A stretch of DNA of 38,025 nucleotides, from the IMG/VR virus record IMGVR_UViG_3300022181_000005, positions 1-38,025 of that record. One strand, 5' to 3'. The translations under genes and the position numbers were made by a program. The notes under the pieces were generated by a model. It saw nothing but the letters and a program-made list of their open reading frames with translations. It did not search any database and was not told the DNA's origin. Positions within the stretch are counted from its first letter, which is position 1. Each line of letters opens with the position of its first letter. Of the stretch, positions 24,908 through 34,070 are shown in pieces. Origin of the DNA: a virus (lineage: Duplodnaviria; Caudoviricetes).

Positions 24908-25284
24908 GCACACTTCTCCTCTTGTTTGAGATCGAGTTTCCCCTGGTGAAAGATCTCCTCGAGGGATATCCCGGCCTGCTGGGACACGGTCCACAGGATC
25001 GTGATGCCCCGGCGGCGCATGGATGCAAAGTACTCACGAAGCTCCTCTTTCGTCACCGGGATGTAATAGCCGTGGGTGTTGCTGCCTATCAGCTTCTTCT
25101 TGTGTCTCCTAAGGTTCCCGATAACAGTCCGTACCCGGTCGTAGTCGATCCCGGTCCGTGACGAGATCTCCGTCCCCAAGATCTCTGTGCCCTTGCCGCG
25201 GCGATCCCGGATGCAATTCCATACGGCCTTTTGTTCCTCGGTAAGGATGGGCGGTTCAAAGTCAAGGGCGAGTTGATCAGACAC
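24904..25284 (-). CDS. Winged-HTH DNA-binding protein
   Basis: Likely GTG start at 25284. 'EIS...GI.Y..VR.VI..LR......IGS...GYY' wHTH. Its stop overlaps the gemA ATG. Confidence 0.7.
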   Translation of the reverse strand: MSDQLALDFEPPILTEEQKAVWNCIRDRRGKGTEILGTEISSRTGIDYDRVRTVIGNLRRHKKKLIGSNTHGYYIPVTKEELREYFASMRRRGITILWTVSQQAGISLEEIFHQGKLDLKQEEKCA

Positions 25285-25289
25285 AGTCT

Positions 25290-25398
<109 letters not shown>

Positions 25399-25421
<23 letters not shown>

Positions 25422-25569
25422 TGTCCCTCTCCTTGGGTTCAAGGCGTTCTGTGTCGCAGTCCTCGCATCGGTAATACCAGTACCAGGAATCCTGGGCGAA
25501 GCGTTTCATGGGATTCCCGCAGATCCAGCAGCCCGTTGTCAGCTCTGTTTTGACTTTGTCGTCATTCAT
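25399..25569 (-). CDS. 56-aa Zn-ribbon-like protein (not in ORF track)
   Basis: MNDDKVKTELTTGCWICGNPMKRFAQDSWYWYYRCEDCDTERLEPKERDNADMPEM* with CxxC...CxxC; fills the gap between its neighbours. Confidence 0.6.
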
Positions 25570-25576
25570 TGTAAGT

Positions 25577-25942
25577 TCACCATTTGATCAGCTGGCCCTC
25601 GAAAGGCAGTCCGTGCGTATCACGGAAGAAGATGAGCATTTCACCAACATTTGTGAATCCATCCTTTAAAGCGAGATCGTGTTTTTCTTCAGATGACAGC
25701 GGGGCTTGACCCGCAATTATGATCTCCGACCGACCGTCTATGTCCAGGTCAATAGATATGCCGCGGGCGAAGTTACACTGGGCGGTACGGAGGAGCCTGG
25801 CCGACTTCGTGCGTAGCGCCGTGTAGAGATACAGAACCTCTCCTTCGCGAATCGGATGTTTTCTCCTGGCCCGGATCGTCTGTCGTTTGATACCAAGCTC
25901 AACGAAAACAGCGAATCGTTTCTGAAAGTTAAGGATTGCCAT
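25577..25942 (-). CDS. ASCH/PUA-like domain protein
   Basis: 'LNF..RF...V..G.K.QTIR', 'LYLYT..RT', 'A..DGF' motifs; TAATG coupling. Confidence 0.8.
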   Translation of the reverse strand: MAILNFQKRFAVFVELGIKRQTIRARRKHPIREGEVLYLYTALRTKSARLLRTAQCNFARGISIDLDIDGRSEIIIAGQAPLSSEEKHDLALKDGFTNVGEMLIFFRDTHGLPFEGQLIKW

Positions 25943-26490
25943 TAAGGTTGTCCTCCCCACCCCGCCATTATCGCTTCTTTCCCGTCATGCAGCTCCGAGA
26001 ACGACTTCCATCCAAGCTCTGTGAATTCAGTCGTATAAACCTCCTTGCGGGGGATGATCGGCTGCCAGTGGATGTCGCAGAACACCCGGTAATGCCACAC
26101 GTCCAGCGCCTTTCCTTTCTCGCTTTTCGGGGACTCCACCCACAGACAACGCTGATAATCGGGAGAAAAAAAGGCGTCGATCCACATCTTCGTGAGCCGT
26201 TCGCTTTTCCCTGCCGGTCGGCCTCTGAACGCATCGCGAAATGACAGTGACAGGTGAAGACACCGCTCATAATCCGGGTTCTTAAACATGCCGCCGCTGT
26301 GGTGCCCCACGTCCCGGGTGAAGATCATAATGGTCCGGAAAGTCCCGTCGGACCATTCGCCTGTGCAGTGTTTGACCAGTCTTGTGTTCTCCCGCGTGTC
26401 AGCCCCGGTGTAGATCCCATGCCGGGCCCGGCGATACATCTCCCTGGCAGCGACACTCGGTAACGTTCCGAATTCGAAGATCTTGCTCAT
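25942..26490 (-). CDS. Hypothetical phage protein
   Basis: ATG at 26490 with GGAGGT. His/Trp-rich motifs 'HLSLSF' and 'DVWHYRVFCD'. Confidence 0.65.
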   Translation of the reverse strand: MSKIFEFGTLPSVAAREMYRRARHGIYTGADTRENTRLVKHCTGEWSDGTFRTIMIFTRDVGHHSGGMFKNPDYERCLHLSLSFRDAFRGRPAGKSERLTKMWIDAFFSPDYQRCLWVESPKSEKGKALDVWHYRVFCDIHWQPIIPRKEVYTTEFTELGWKSFSELHDGKEAIMAGWGGQP

Positions 26491-26512
26491 ATCAGCTGTA
26501 CCTCCCTTTCCG

Positions 26513-26905
26513 CTACACGCACTGTCGGACAATCACGCCTATCCGCAGCGATTCAGGTTCTGATAATACCCCAACTCCATCCGGGTGCGGATCGTGGACC
26601 AATTGCCCCTTGCGGCCCACCACCGCGTGTTGCAGATCGGTGAACCTGTTTGTTGGACCTATCATCACGTGGCAGAAGTCCTTGTCGCTGAAGAATCCCT
26701 TCATCTCGTCTCTCGGTATTCTTGCTTCGAAATAGGCAAGTCCCATTTTCGAGAGCCACTCATTGAGTCTGCCCATCCATTCTCCATCGTCGTCGTATGC
26801 GGCCAGATCGGGTATCCGTTCTATGCTCATGTCGAGTAAAGAGGCAATGCATGCCTCAAAGCAATTACCCTGCCGTCCGAATCTTGTTTGCATAACTGGT
26901 GTCAT
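26513..26905 (-). CDS. Hypothetical protein with papain/C39-like peptidase motifs
   Basis: 'Q.......GNC..ACIASLL', 'HAVV', 'HDP' in catalytic Q-C-H-D order. Confidence 0.6.
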   Translation of the reverse strand: MTPVMQTRFGRQGNCFEACIASLLDMSIERIPDLAAYDDDGEWMGRLNEWLSKMGLAYFEARIPRDEMKGFFSDKDFCHVMIGPTNRFTDLQHAVVGRKGQLVHDPHPDGVGVLSEPESLRIGVIVRQCV

Positions 26906-26980
26906 CCGTTTCTTAGCCTCCTCAGTGCCGGCATCACCGGCAGACCATTTTCGCGGAGTCACGAAAATGGTTTCGGCCTT

Positions 26981-27166
26981 CTACTCAGCCCGCGGCTGAC
27001 GGAGCTTCTTCTCGATGCACCGCGCCGCCTCGGGGGTTAGCTCCATCCGCGCCAGGAATCCCGTGTCATCCCGGGAGATGATCCCGATCGGCGCGCCCGT
27101 ATCTTCCCCGGGCGGGCACAGTCTCCTCATCGTCCGCAGGAGTTCCTGGGGATCGCGCCGTTTCAT
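26981..27166 (-). CDS. Hypothetical protein
   Basis: ATGA coupling to the gam stop; SD AAGGAGG. Confidence 0.6.
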   Translation of the reverse strand: MKRRDPQELLRTMRRLCPPGEDTGAPIGIISRDDTGFLARMELTPEAARCIEKKLRQPRAE

Positions 27167-27663
27167 GCCGCCTCCTTCTCCTTTATCTTCTCCATGTTGG
27201 GCTCGATCCGGAGTTTGTCCTCGGTTTTCAACGTGGCGCCGCATTTTGCGAGCGTTGTTGCATCAAGGCCGCTCATGGCCTCCTTATCGGGCTCCTCGAT
27301 GATCCTGAGATACTGCACGAGCCCCAGGGCCTTGAGGGCCGCCACCGTTGCCGCCTTGCTTTTCAGGACCACCTTTGTAACCACCCGGTAGGCCACAACC
27401 CCGAAAGTGAGGTCCTTTGAGCGGACCCTGGCAAATTCCTGTTTCCTGGACTCGGCGAAGAGGGTGATGTTTTCTTCGATGGCCTTGTGCTCGGCTTTCA
27501 GTCCCTCGGCCTTCACGTCATATTCCGCTTTGATCTCGTTGATCTTGAGGGTCATCTCGCCCTCGAGCTTCTGGAGCTTGATGTCGATCTCGCCCATGCG
27601 CCTCAGGGCGCCGTCAACCTCGGGCCAGTCCGTGTAATCCGATGTCTTGATGATCTTTGCCAT
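27163..27663 (-). CDS. gam: Host-nuclease inhibitor Gam
   Basis: Coiled coil plus 'SK.LTFG.V.YR' and 'YLR..EEPDKEAM' motifs. Confidence 0.92.
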   Translation of the reverse strand: MAKIIKTSDYTDWPEVDGALRRMGEIDIKLQKLEGEMTLKINEIKAEYDVKAEGLKAEHKAIEENITLFAESRKQEFARVRSKDLTFGVVAYRVVTKVVLKSKAATVAALKALGLVQYLRIIEEPDKEAMSGLDATTLAKCGATLKTEDKLRIEPNMEKIKEKEAA

Positions 27664-27672
27664 ATATCCTCC

Positions 27673-27885
27673 TTAGTCGTTACTTTCTTCCACGATCTTC
27701 CACAACCGGTCTCCGTCTATGCGGACCACCGCATGGGGCCGGTTGCCCATGATCTTCCTTGCCACTGCCTTTGCCGCGCCCTTCGCGCACGATGTGCAAG
27801 ATGCGGTCTTGCCCTGGCAGCGGGCTACATAGGTAGAGCCGCAGTGGGCGTAGCGAACGGTTATTGTGTCGTTTGAATTGACCAT
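27673..27885 (-). CDS. Hypothetical protein
   Basis: SD GGGGAG. 'TY.AR..GKTASCT..A..AA..VA.K' motif. Confidence 0.65.
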   Translation of the reverse strand: MVNSNDTITVRYAHCGSTYVARCQGKTASCTSCAKGAAKAVARKIMGNRPHAVVRIDGDRLWKIVEESND

Positions 27886-27894
27886 GTCTCCCCC

Positions 27895-28071
27895 TCAGCT
27901 CACTGTCTTCGGCACGATCGGGAGCGTTCCCTCCGGGTCCTCGTGCCGTTTTTCATACTGGTGGTTATCGATGTGTATCGCGTCCGTTTCATAGCGATCG
28001 ATAACCCTTCCCGAGTCATCCATGATGCGGATGACCGCCGCGTCCTTCCAGATCTCCAGCGCCGCCTTCAT
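27895..28071 (-). CDS. Hypothetical protein
   Basis: ATGA coupling at 28068-28071; 58 aa. Confidence 0.55.
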   Translation of the reverse strand: MKAALEIWKDAAVIRIMDDSGRVIDRYETDAIHIDNHQYEKRHEDPEGTLPIVPKTVS

Positions 28072-28286
28072 CGTGCCACCGCCAGGTCCCGGACCCGCGA
28101 TCTCGTCTCTTCGACGACGAGCGCTATCCCGACATTGAGGTACACCTCGCTGCAGCACACCGGGCAGGCGCGCTCCGTTACATCGAACACGGTCTCGCAG
28201 TTCATGCAGAGAACCGCATGTTCGAGGGGGATCGCCTGCACAGGCTTCTCCTCCTTACCGATAATGAGATTTAAAGGTTTCCCCAT
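28068..28286 (-). CDS. Zn-ribbon protein
   Basis: CMNC...CPVC; SD GGAGG upstream. Confidence 0.65.
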   Translation of the reverse strand: MGKPLNLIIGKEEKPVQAIPLEHAVLCMNCETVFDVTERACPVCCSEVYLNVGIALVVEETRSRVRDLAVAR

Positions 28287-28515
28287 GATTCCTGCCTCCC
28301 TGGAGGTTGAGCGGACAGCCCCGGCATTTGTCGGGCTGCCGCACTGCTCTCGTTATGCAGACCGCGTGATCGATGCGGTCCCCGTGATGCTGGCACCAGA
28401 CGTCGCCATTGGGGTACCTGGGTGGCTTCCCGGTCGGGTTGCCGGTGTTCCGTGGATGCCCGTCGGTGCCTGTTTGTCTATAGCTGCTTGATGTATGCTT
28501 TGCCTTCGTCATCAC
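28255..28515 (-). CDS. Hypothetical Cys/His-rich protein
   Basis: 'VWC..HG..ID.AVC..R......C..C'; directly after the ATPase. Confidence 0.6.
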   Translation of the reverse strand: MMTKAKHTSSSYRQTGTDGHPRNTGNPTGKPPRYPNGDVWCQHHGDRIDHAVCITRAVRQPDKCRGCPLNLQGGRNHGETFKSHYR

Positions 28516-28520
28516 CGCTC

Positions 28521-29729
28521 CTACGCGTCGTTGACGTGGTCGAAGTGCACCGCCGTCTTGCCGTCCTGGTATGCGTTCTTCATGGCCCGCACTGCGACGT
28601 TGTTCGCCATCTGGGGCGTCTTGGCGCGTTGCGAGAGGAGCGCCAGGGCGTCAGGCGTGAAGATCTCGCTGGCCGCGCGACCCACCTTGCGGAACCGATA
28701 ATCCAGATAGTCTGACATGTTGCCGTTGAGCTTGCCGAGGTCGACCACATAGCAGCGCTCGGCGAACTCCTTGATGTAGGGGTTACCCTCTATCATTCCC
28801 CGCAGGCCCCAGTTCTTCCCCGCCTCATCCCGTCCGCCGGCGCCGATCAGGACGATGGCGATGAGCTTGAAGATCATGCCGCTGTCCCAGAGACGCTTCA
28901 GGGAGATGAAGATCTTCTCCTTCAGATCGTGGGCCTCGTCAATCGCCAGCACGGTGTAGACTCCGGACTTCATATTGTCCTCCAGGAGCCTCTTCGCGAC
29001 CTTGTCCCGTTGGCCGGCGGACCGGGGCATCGCTGTGCCCCCGAGTTGGGAGATGATCTCCTCCGTGAGGAGGCCTCCCGTCATCATGTCGCGGTCAAGC
29101 CGGTCAGGCATGATAACCCGGACCGCCTTGTCTCCGAGAAGCTTGGATATGACGTGCCGGAGGAACGTGCTCTTGCCCATCCCGTAATCGCCGGTGATCG
29201 CTATGATGCCCCTGCTCTTGATCGTTCGCCATACCTGGCGCTCGGCAACCTTCAGCTGCGCCGACATCCAGATGTTCTTGTGGTCGTCGAGATCGAAGAA
29301 CGGGTCATCCTCCAGCCCGAAGTGGACGATCTCGTCGGGTTCCAGGTACTCCTTTGTGTAGTTCATGTCCTGTACCTCCTCCATGGTTTTGCGTTCCGCG
29401 CTGCTCCCGGGAAGGGGAATGCCGCGCAGTTTTCTGGGGGCCCGGTTCTTCGCGGGACGCGTGTCGTCCGGTTCCGGTTCCCAGATGCTCTCCGGCGACA
29501 ATCCCTTGTCCTTTAACACCGCCTCGACGAGCCGACGGAATTCTTCGGGGTCCCTGTCGGGGATGTAGCCCTTGTTGACAACGAGATTGATGAGCGGCCG
29601 GGAGCACTCATAGCCCTTCTCGTTGAGGGCCTTCATCAGCGCCGCCTGAGACAGGCCGCCCTCCAGGATCCGGCGCTTGAGTCTCAACGGCCTGTATGGC
29701 AGGCCGTACACCTTTGCGGTTCTACTCAC
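28521..29729 (-). CDS. Transposition ATPase (ExeA/AAA family, MuB analogue) with N-terminal HTH
   Basis: Walker A GDYGMGKST, Walker B LAIDEAH, 'HFGL..DPF'; follows the transposase. Confidence 0.9.
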   Translation of the reverse strand: MSRTAKVYGLPYRPLRLKRRILEGGLSQAALMKALNEKGYECSRPLINLVVNKGYIPDRDPEEFRRLVEAVLKDKGLSPESIWEPEPDDTRPAKNRAPRKLRGIPLPGSSAERKTMEEVQDMNYTKEYLEPDEIVHFGLEDDPFFDLDDHKNIWMSAQLKVAERQVWRTIKSRGIIAITGDYGMGKSTFLRHVISKLLGDKAVRVIMPDRLDRDMMTGGLLTEEIISQLGGTAMPRSAGQRDKVAKRLLEDNMKSGVYTVLAIDEAHDLKEKIFISLKRLWDSGMIFKLIAIVLIGAGGRDEAGKNWGLRGMIEGNPYIKEFAERCYVVDLGKLNGNMSDYLDYRFRKVGRAASEIFTPDALALLSQRAKTPQMANNVAVRAMKNAYQDGKTAVHFDHVNDA

Positions 29730-29744
29730 TGTGAACCACCTCCC

Positions 29745-31469
29745 TTAAGATTGGTTATTGGCAGCCATCTTCAGACCACGGGCCTCACCTGGCAGATCCC
29801 TGCCGGCAAAGCGGCCGCGATACTCTTCCCTGATCCGGAGATAGCTCTCCTCCGTGACTGTGTCCGTCATACGCTGGTCTACCCACTGCGACTGGACCAC
29901 CGTGAACCGCCTGATGCCGAGTTCCTCGCGGAGTCTCTTGCGCGCCTCGTGGGCGGTCATAGGGGGTACCACGATCTCCTTTTCGGGAATGACATCCGTG
30001 CCTTCCTTCGGCAGCCAGGTCATCTTCTCGATTTTGTGTGCCTGCTCCCTGGGCACGACGTCCGAGGTGTCGATGCCCTTGAGGTCCTCTTTGAACCGTT
30101 TCGTGCTGTCCCAGGCGTGGGCCTTGAAATCCTTCCCGATCGTTGCCGCCTTCTCCGGGAACCCCCATTGGTCCCGGTTAACGAGGGTAGACGCCACCGA
30201 CTCTCCGCAGAAACGACCGTTCTCATCGATCTGGGTGTTGATCTCCAGAGCGGGATATTCGTAAGGGTTGTACCGGACGTAAAGTTTGTCTCCTCTGCGG
30301 AAGTAGCCCTTGAGCAGGTAGATGTTCCCCTCGTAGCGGATCTGTTTGTAGCCGTCGACGGTCACTACCTCGGCGTTCCTGTGGGCAAGTTTCTTGCACA
30401 CATCGACAGGCGGAAGAATGCGCAGCTGGTCGGACGTGATCCGGCTGTATGCCTCAAAGCGGCTCATCGCGTGGCGCTTGTGCTTCCTCACGGCGTTGAT
30501 ATACGCACACTTGTCATAGGCCCTGCGGTTCAGGAAGTCGAGGTCCTCGACGGTCAACAGCGAGAGATCTCCTTCGAAGACGCTCTCCCAGTACCCGTGC
30601 ATCCGCTCCACGGCACCCGATATCCAGGGCTTGCCCGGGGTGTGGACGTAGACCTCTACCTGCAGGTTCTCCATGAGGTTCGTGTAGGCCTGGGAGGTGT
30701 TCGCGGCGCCCTTGTCGATCATGAGGATCCGCGGGACGCCGTGTGCCGGGAAGATCCGGCTGTTGTAGCCTTCGAGACGGCTCTTTTCACCCCAGGCCCG
30801 CATCGTGAAATCGAAGATATTGTTGAAGTCCTCTCCCTGGGAGTAGTAGTACCAAACGAAGAACCACCCCGTGCAGTGATCGACGCAGATGTACCGGAGG
30901 ATGACCTTCTTGACCTTGCGCCAGAAGCCCGGCTTGTTTTTGTAAAACTCCATTTGCATGTCCCGGGTGGCGAGCTTTTTGTTCTCCTTGAAGTCCCACA
31001 GGACACAGACCGAGGCATCGATGAGGTGGACGTGGTTCGGATGGTCGCTACGCAGGGTGGTCGCCGCCTCTGGCCGCGAGAGGGCCGCCCGGGAGATCCC
31101 CATCTCGCGCATATGCCGGTTGATCGTCGCCTCGTGGGGCATCTCTTCAGGTTCTATGATGTGATTGTCCTCGAAGTGAAGCTGGAGGTTCCAGGTCGGC
31201 ATGTTGACCTTGCCCGTCTTGCGCCGTGTCCGTTCGATGACCGCCGCGGCCTTCCTTATCGTCTCGGGGTCGACCTTCTTCGGGACGCCTTTGTCCGCAC
31301 GCGGTTTGCGGTTTGACCGGTATCCGAACTGCTTGGCGACTCGCCAGAACTTGGCGTGAGACCACCCGAGCAGCGCGCAGTACTCTTCCTGGACTGTTCC
31401 CCTGTTGGCGTGGGGTGCGCTGCTGAGCCTTGCTACGATCTCACGGCCGAGTTCCGGGTCGATGGTCAT
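29745..31469 (-). CDS. DDE transposase (MuA analogue)
   Basis: 'RK.RADKG', 'HPNHVHLIDAS' (D), 'GVP.ILMIDKGAAN' (D), 'G.VER' (E) motifs. Confidence 0.93.
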   Translation of the reverse strand: MTIDPELGREIVARLSSAPHANRGTVQEEYCALLGWSHAKFWRVAKQFGYRSNRKPRADKGVPKKVDPETIRKAAAVIERTRRKTGKVNMPTWNLQLHFEDNHIIEPEEMPHEATINRHMREMGISRAALSRPEAATTLRSDHPNHVHLIDASVCVLWDFKENKKLATRDMQMEFYKNKPGFWRKVKKVILRYICVDHCTGWFFVWYYYSQGEDFNNIFDFTMRAWGEKSRLEGYNSRIFPAHGVPRILMIDKGAANTSQAYTNLMENLQVEVYVHTPGKPWISGAVERMHGYWESVFEGDLSLLTVEDLDFLNRRAYDKCAYINAVRKHKRHAMSRFEAYSRITSDQLRILPPVDVCKKLAHRNAEVVTVDGYKQIRYEGNIYLLKGYFRRGDKLYVRYNPYEYPALEINTQIDENGRFCGESVASTLVNRDQWGFPEKAATIGKDFKAHAWDSTKRFKEDLKGIDTSDVVPREQAHKIEKMTWLPKEGTDVIPEKEIVVPPMTAHEARKRLREELGIRRFTVVQSQWVDQRMTDTVTEESYLRIREEYRGRFAGRDLPGEARGLKMAANNQS

Positions 31470-32482
31470 GCGTCGGCTCCGGGGACTTCAAGGTAGCTGG
31501 CGTACTTGCTGTTGAAGGACCTCTCCTCGCTCTCCAGGAGGTCCGCCGGATAGGGGGCATCCAGGTCGAAGCGGTTGCTTATGGTGTTGGCGAGGAGGCT
31601 GTAGAGGTCCTTGAGGAAGTAGGCCGTGTTCGTCAGGTCCGCGAGGACGATGTCCGGGTACCCCTGGGGGTTCGCTTGATTCAGGAAATAGTAGGCGGCA
31701 AGGGCGTCATCGCGGTGCTTGGCAAGAATCTCCAGGGCCTGGGCGGCGTCCTGGGGAAGGGGTTTCTTCGCCTCCTCCAGCTCCCGGCGGAGGTTGGCGT
31801 TCTCTTTCTCCAATTTCTCGTTGCGTTTCTTGAAGCGTGTTGTGGTATCATACTTACCGTTGAGCTCGAGCTCGAGCTGCTTGGCTCTTGCCTTCCAATC
31901 CTCCCGCTCGGCGATGAGCTTGCGGAACTGGTTGACGGACATCTTGTTGATGTCCTCGACCGTTGCGCCGCGGAAGAGGCCGGTTTCGTCGAACTCGGCG
32001 AGCTCCTCGTCGGGGACAGCGAGAAGGGCATAAAGTTTCCCAACACCCTCGAATACTCCATTGAGTTGAAGTTCTTTCACGCGTGAAAGATTCTCGAACT
32101 TACGTGCAATAGCCGTGAGTCTCCATGCCGTGGCAGGGCTTATACCGATTCTTTCCTCGACTATTTGTTGCCATACGCCGTATTTCTCCGCCTTCTTCAT
32201 GGCGATGAGGCGTCTTCCAGCTTCGATAATGCCCGTCACCGCTTGTCTCAGGTAAATGGAGATCTCTCCGACGATCCTTTCGCGTTCGTAAGGAACGCCA
32301 CAGAGATACATATCGGCTATCTCTTGCAGCCTGGCCTGCTCCTGCGTCTGCAGGGCGTCGATCTTCTTTCCCGCATCGATGCCCTCCCTGAATTCCCCCC
32401 GCTGTTCCAGGATCTTCACCTCCGCCTGGTCTTTGATGGTCCGCTCGACGATGTCTTCCTTGCTTGGCAGTGTCTTTCTCAT
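31466..32482 (-). CDS. DUF3102-like DNA-binding protein
   Basis: ATG at 32482 coupled to the upstream stop. 'EAGRRL...K....G.W...VE...GIS..TA.R' and 'M.V..FRK.I' motifs. Confidence 0.75.
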   Translation of the reverse strand: MRKTLPSKEDIVERTIKDQAEVKILEQRGEFREGIDAGKKIDALQTQEQARLQEIADMYLCGVPYERERIVGEISIYLRQAVTGIIEAGRRLIAMKKAEKYGVWQQIVEERIGISPATAWRLTAIARKFENLSRVKELQLNGVFEGVGKLYALLAVPDEELAEFDETGLFRGATVEDINKMSVNQFRKLIAEREDWKARAKQLELELNGKYDTTTRFKKRNEKLEKENANLRRELEEAKKPLPQDAAQALEILAKHRDDALAAYYFLNQANPQGYPDIVLADLTNTAYFLKDLYSLLANTISNRFDLDAPYPADLLESEERSFNSKYASYLEVPGADA

Positions 32483-32790
32483 GTAACCTCCAGATGGTCT
32501 TTTTCGATCCGCGACAGCTCCGCCTTCCGCGCCGCCACGTACCGACGGAATCCCTCGGCGAAGCGGGTAACGGCCGGCGCGACCTGCCACTTGCCGTTCA
32601 CCTCCTCGACGAGCTGCCGCTTCTCCAGGGTTTTTAGGACCCTGAAGGTGACGTTGTGGCTTATGTTGAGCGTGGTGGCAATCTCCTTCAGGGAGAGCTG
32701 GATATACTCCGGCACGCCCAGGGCGAGGAGGATCGTCACGGCGTTGTCGACGACTTCAATGGTGTAGTCACGCGGTTTCTTTTCTTCCAT
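32479..32790 (-). CDS. IclR-type HTH protein
   Basis: 'V..A..IL..L........L.EIA..L.......FR.L.TL....LV......W' motif. Confidence 0.8.
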   Translation of the reverse strand: MEEKKPRDYTIEVVDNAVTILLALGVPEYIQLSLKEIATTLNISHNVTFRVLKTLEKRQLVEEVNGKWQVAPAVTRFAEGFRRYVAARKAELSRIEKDHLEVT

Positions 32791-32837
32791 TTTTCCCCTT
32801 CCTTATCTGTTTTGCTGAGTCAAACCCTGATCACCGG

Positions 32838-32888
32838 TGTCCCCTTTTTTGGGACTATTCTCTCGAATTTGTCCCCTTTTTTGGGACT
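32838..32888. repeat. Two identical 19-bp palindromic repeats TGTCCCCTTTTTTGGGACT
   Basis: Copies at 32838-32856 and 32870-32888, period 32 bp. Confidence 0.92.
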
Positions 32889-32914
32889 CAACCAGGAAAA
32901 AAACACAAGGGTTC

Positions 32915-33286
32915 TTACTTTCGATCATCCTTTACCTTCATAAGAGCCTTTTCAAGGTCCTTAAGCTCCATCTGATCCTTCGCTATTCGCTCTTTGAGCT
33001 GGCCCATCTTGGCATGTATGACCTCGCGGCCCTTCATAGCCTTGTAATGGCCGGCCTCAGCTATGATGAAGAGGAGTTCCCAATCGCCTGTCACCTCGCA
33101 GAACGCCGGGAAGAGCTCGCCCGGCATGCCCCATCGCTTGTTGCCGCTATTCTTGATGGCCTGGCTTATCGTCTGGCGGATCCTGACCCCGATGTCCATA
33201 CTCCCGGGAGCTGGTGGCGCTGCGGGTTTCAAATACTCCCATAACCCCATCTGACGTTCGTCAATTTTGGGCTTAGCTTTTGACAT
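32915..33286 (-). CDS. CII-like phage regulatory protein, possibly internally deleted
   Basis: 'P.E..PAFC.VTGD.ELL' followed by a C-terminal coiled coil; position after cro. Confidence 0.6.
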   Translation of the reverse strand: MSKAKPKIDERQMGLWEYLKPAAPPAPGSMDIGVRIRQTISQAIKNSGNKRWGMPGELFPAFCEVTGDWELLFIIAEAGHYKAMKGREVIHAKMGQLKERIAKDQMELKDLEKALMKVKDDRK

Positions 33287-33314
33287 TGCAAACCTCGATT
33301 CCGTTTGTTAGAAT
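33286..33314 (+). promoter_or_regulatory. Sigma70 promoter for the antisense-oriented ORF
   Basis: TTGCAA, N17, TAGAAT with an extended TGn. Confidence 0.7.
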
Positions 33315-33343
33315 CAAATCAGATTTGATAACAGAGCAGGGGG

Positions 33344-33793
33344 TTGGGTTCCGTGGCAAGAAACGATGAGGTTGACCGTTGGTTATCACTGTCTCAGACC
33401 CTCCTGCAGGACCTCATGCCCGGGAATGCCGGCATAGAGATCTTCGGGCATGGCATGAATCCGTTAGATTTTGCAGAATTGGTTGAACGTGAATCACGAC
33501 ACGTGGATGAGGCCCTGGTGTCTATGAGCCTCGCGAACGGCAAGGATGACGTCCATCGGATCTTTGATCTCTTGTCGAGGGATGCCGTCATAGCTCTGTT
33601 TTCCCGGTGGGCGCATTATCATGCTGCGTGGATGCAGGAAACTCATGTGCGCCCGTGGGCTCCTCCAGGAGCGACGGACATCTGGCGAGCCATACTTCTG
33701 ACGATGGCTGCCGATAATGAGGCTGTATTAAGTGCATGCACACAGCTCTGGCCGGAATGTTCCGTAGAACCGAGTGGGGTATTTTCTCATTGA
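33344..33793 (+). CDS. Hypothetical moron protein, opposite to the early operon
   Basis: 149-aa ORF filling the cro-CII gap, with its own promoter. Start may be GTG 33353. Confidence 0.65.
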   Translation: MGSVARNDEVDRWLSLSQTLLQDLMPGNAGIEIFGHGMNPLDFAELVERESRHVDEALVSMSLANGKDDVHRIFDLLSRDAVIALFSRWAHYHAAWMQETHVRPWAPPGATDIWRAILLTMAADNEAVLSACTQLWPECSVEPSGVFSH

Positions 33794-33806
33794 TCACTTT
33801 CGCCTC

Positions 33807-34070
33807 CTATGTAGCCCTGCGCCGGGACTTTGTTTCCCAGAGGCCCTCATACGGTACCCCGCACACCTTGGCGATAGCCGTTTGTACAGGCCGTGACTCG
33901 GCCTTGCGGCGGATGACCATCGATATGAGTTCCGGGGTTACGCCGAGATATTCGGCAAAGGAAACCAGCGTCGGGAAGCCGTTAATGCTCAGCAAGAGCC
34001 TGATGTATTGGGTCTTGTTCTCTTTTTTTAGCTTGTCAAGTTTAGCTTTGTTAAGCATTATAGTTCTCAT
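33807..34070 (-). CDS. Ner/Cro-like HTH regulator
   Basis: 'FAEYLGVT...IS.VI......S..V..AIA...G.P...LW'; divergent from the repressor. Start is 34070 or 34058. Confidence 0.85.
   Translation of the reverse strand: MRTIMLNKAKLDKLKKENKTQYIRLLLSINGFPTLVSFAEYLGVTPELISMVIRRKAESRPVQTAIAKVCGVPYEGLWETKSRRRAT

Noticed and set aside
29751-31316. Long + strand ORFs opposite real genes (also 17507-18937, 14545-15771, 12728-13756, 9097-10314, 22937-24037)
   Set aside because: Shadow ORFs expected from GC-rich codon bias. They have no recognisable motifs and lie wholly antisense to clear phage genes.
32838-32888. Mini CRISPR array
   Set aside because: Only two 19-bp repeats with a 13-bp spacer, and no cas genes.
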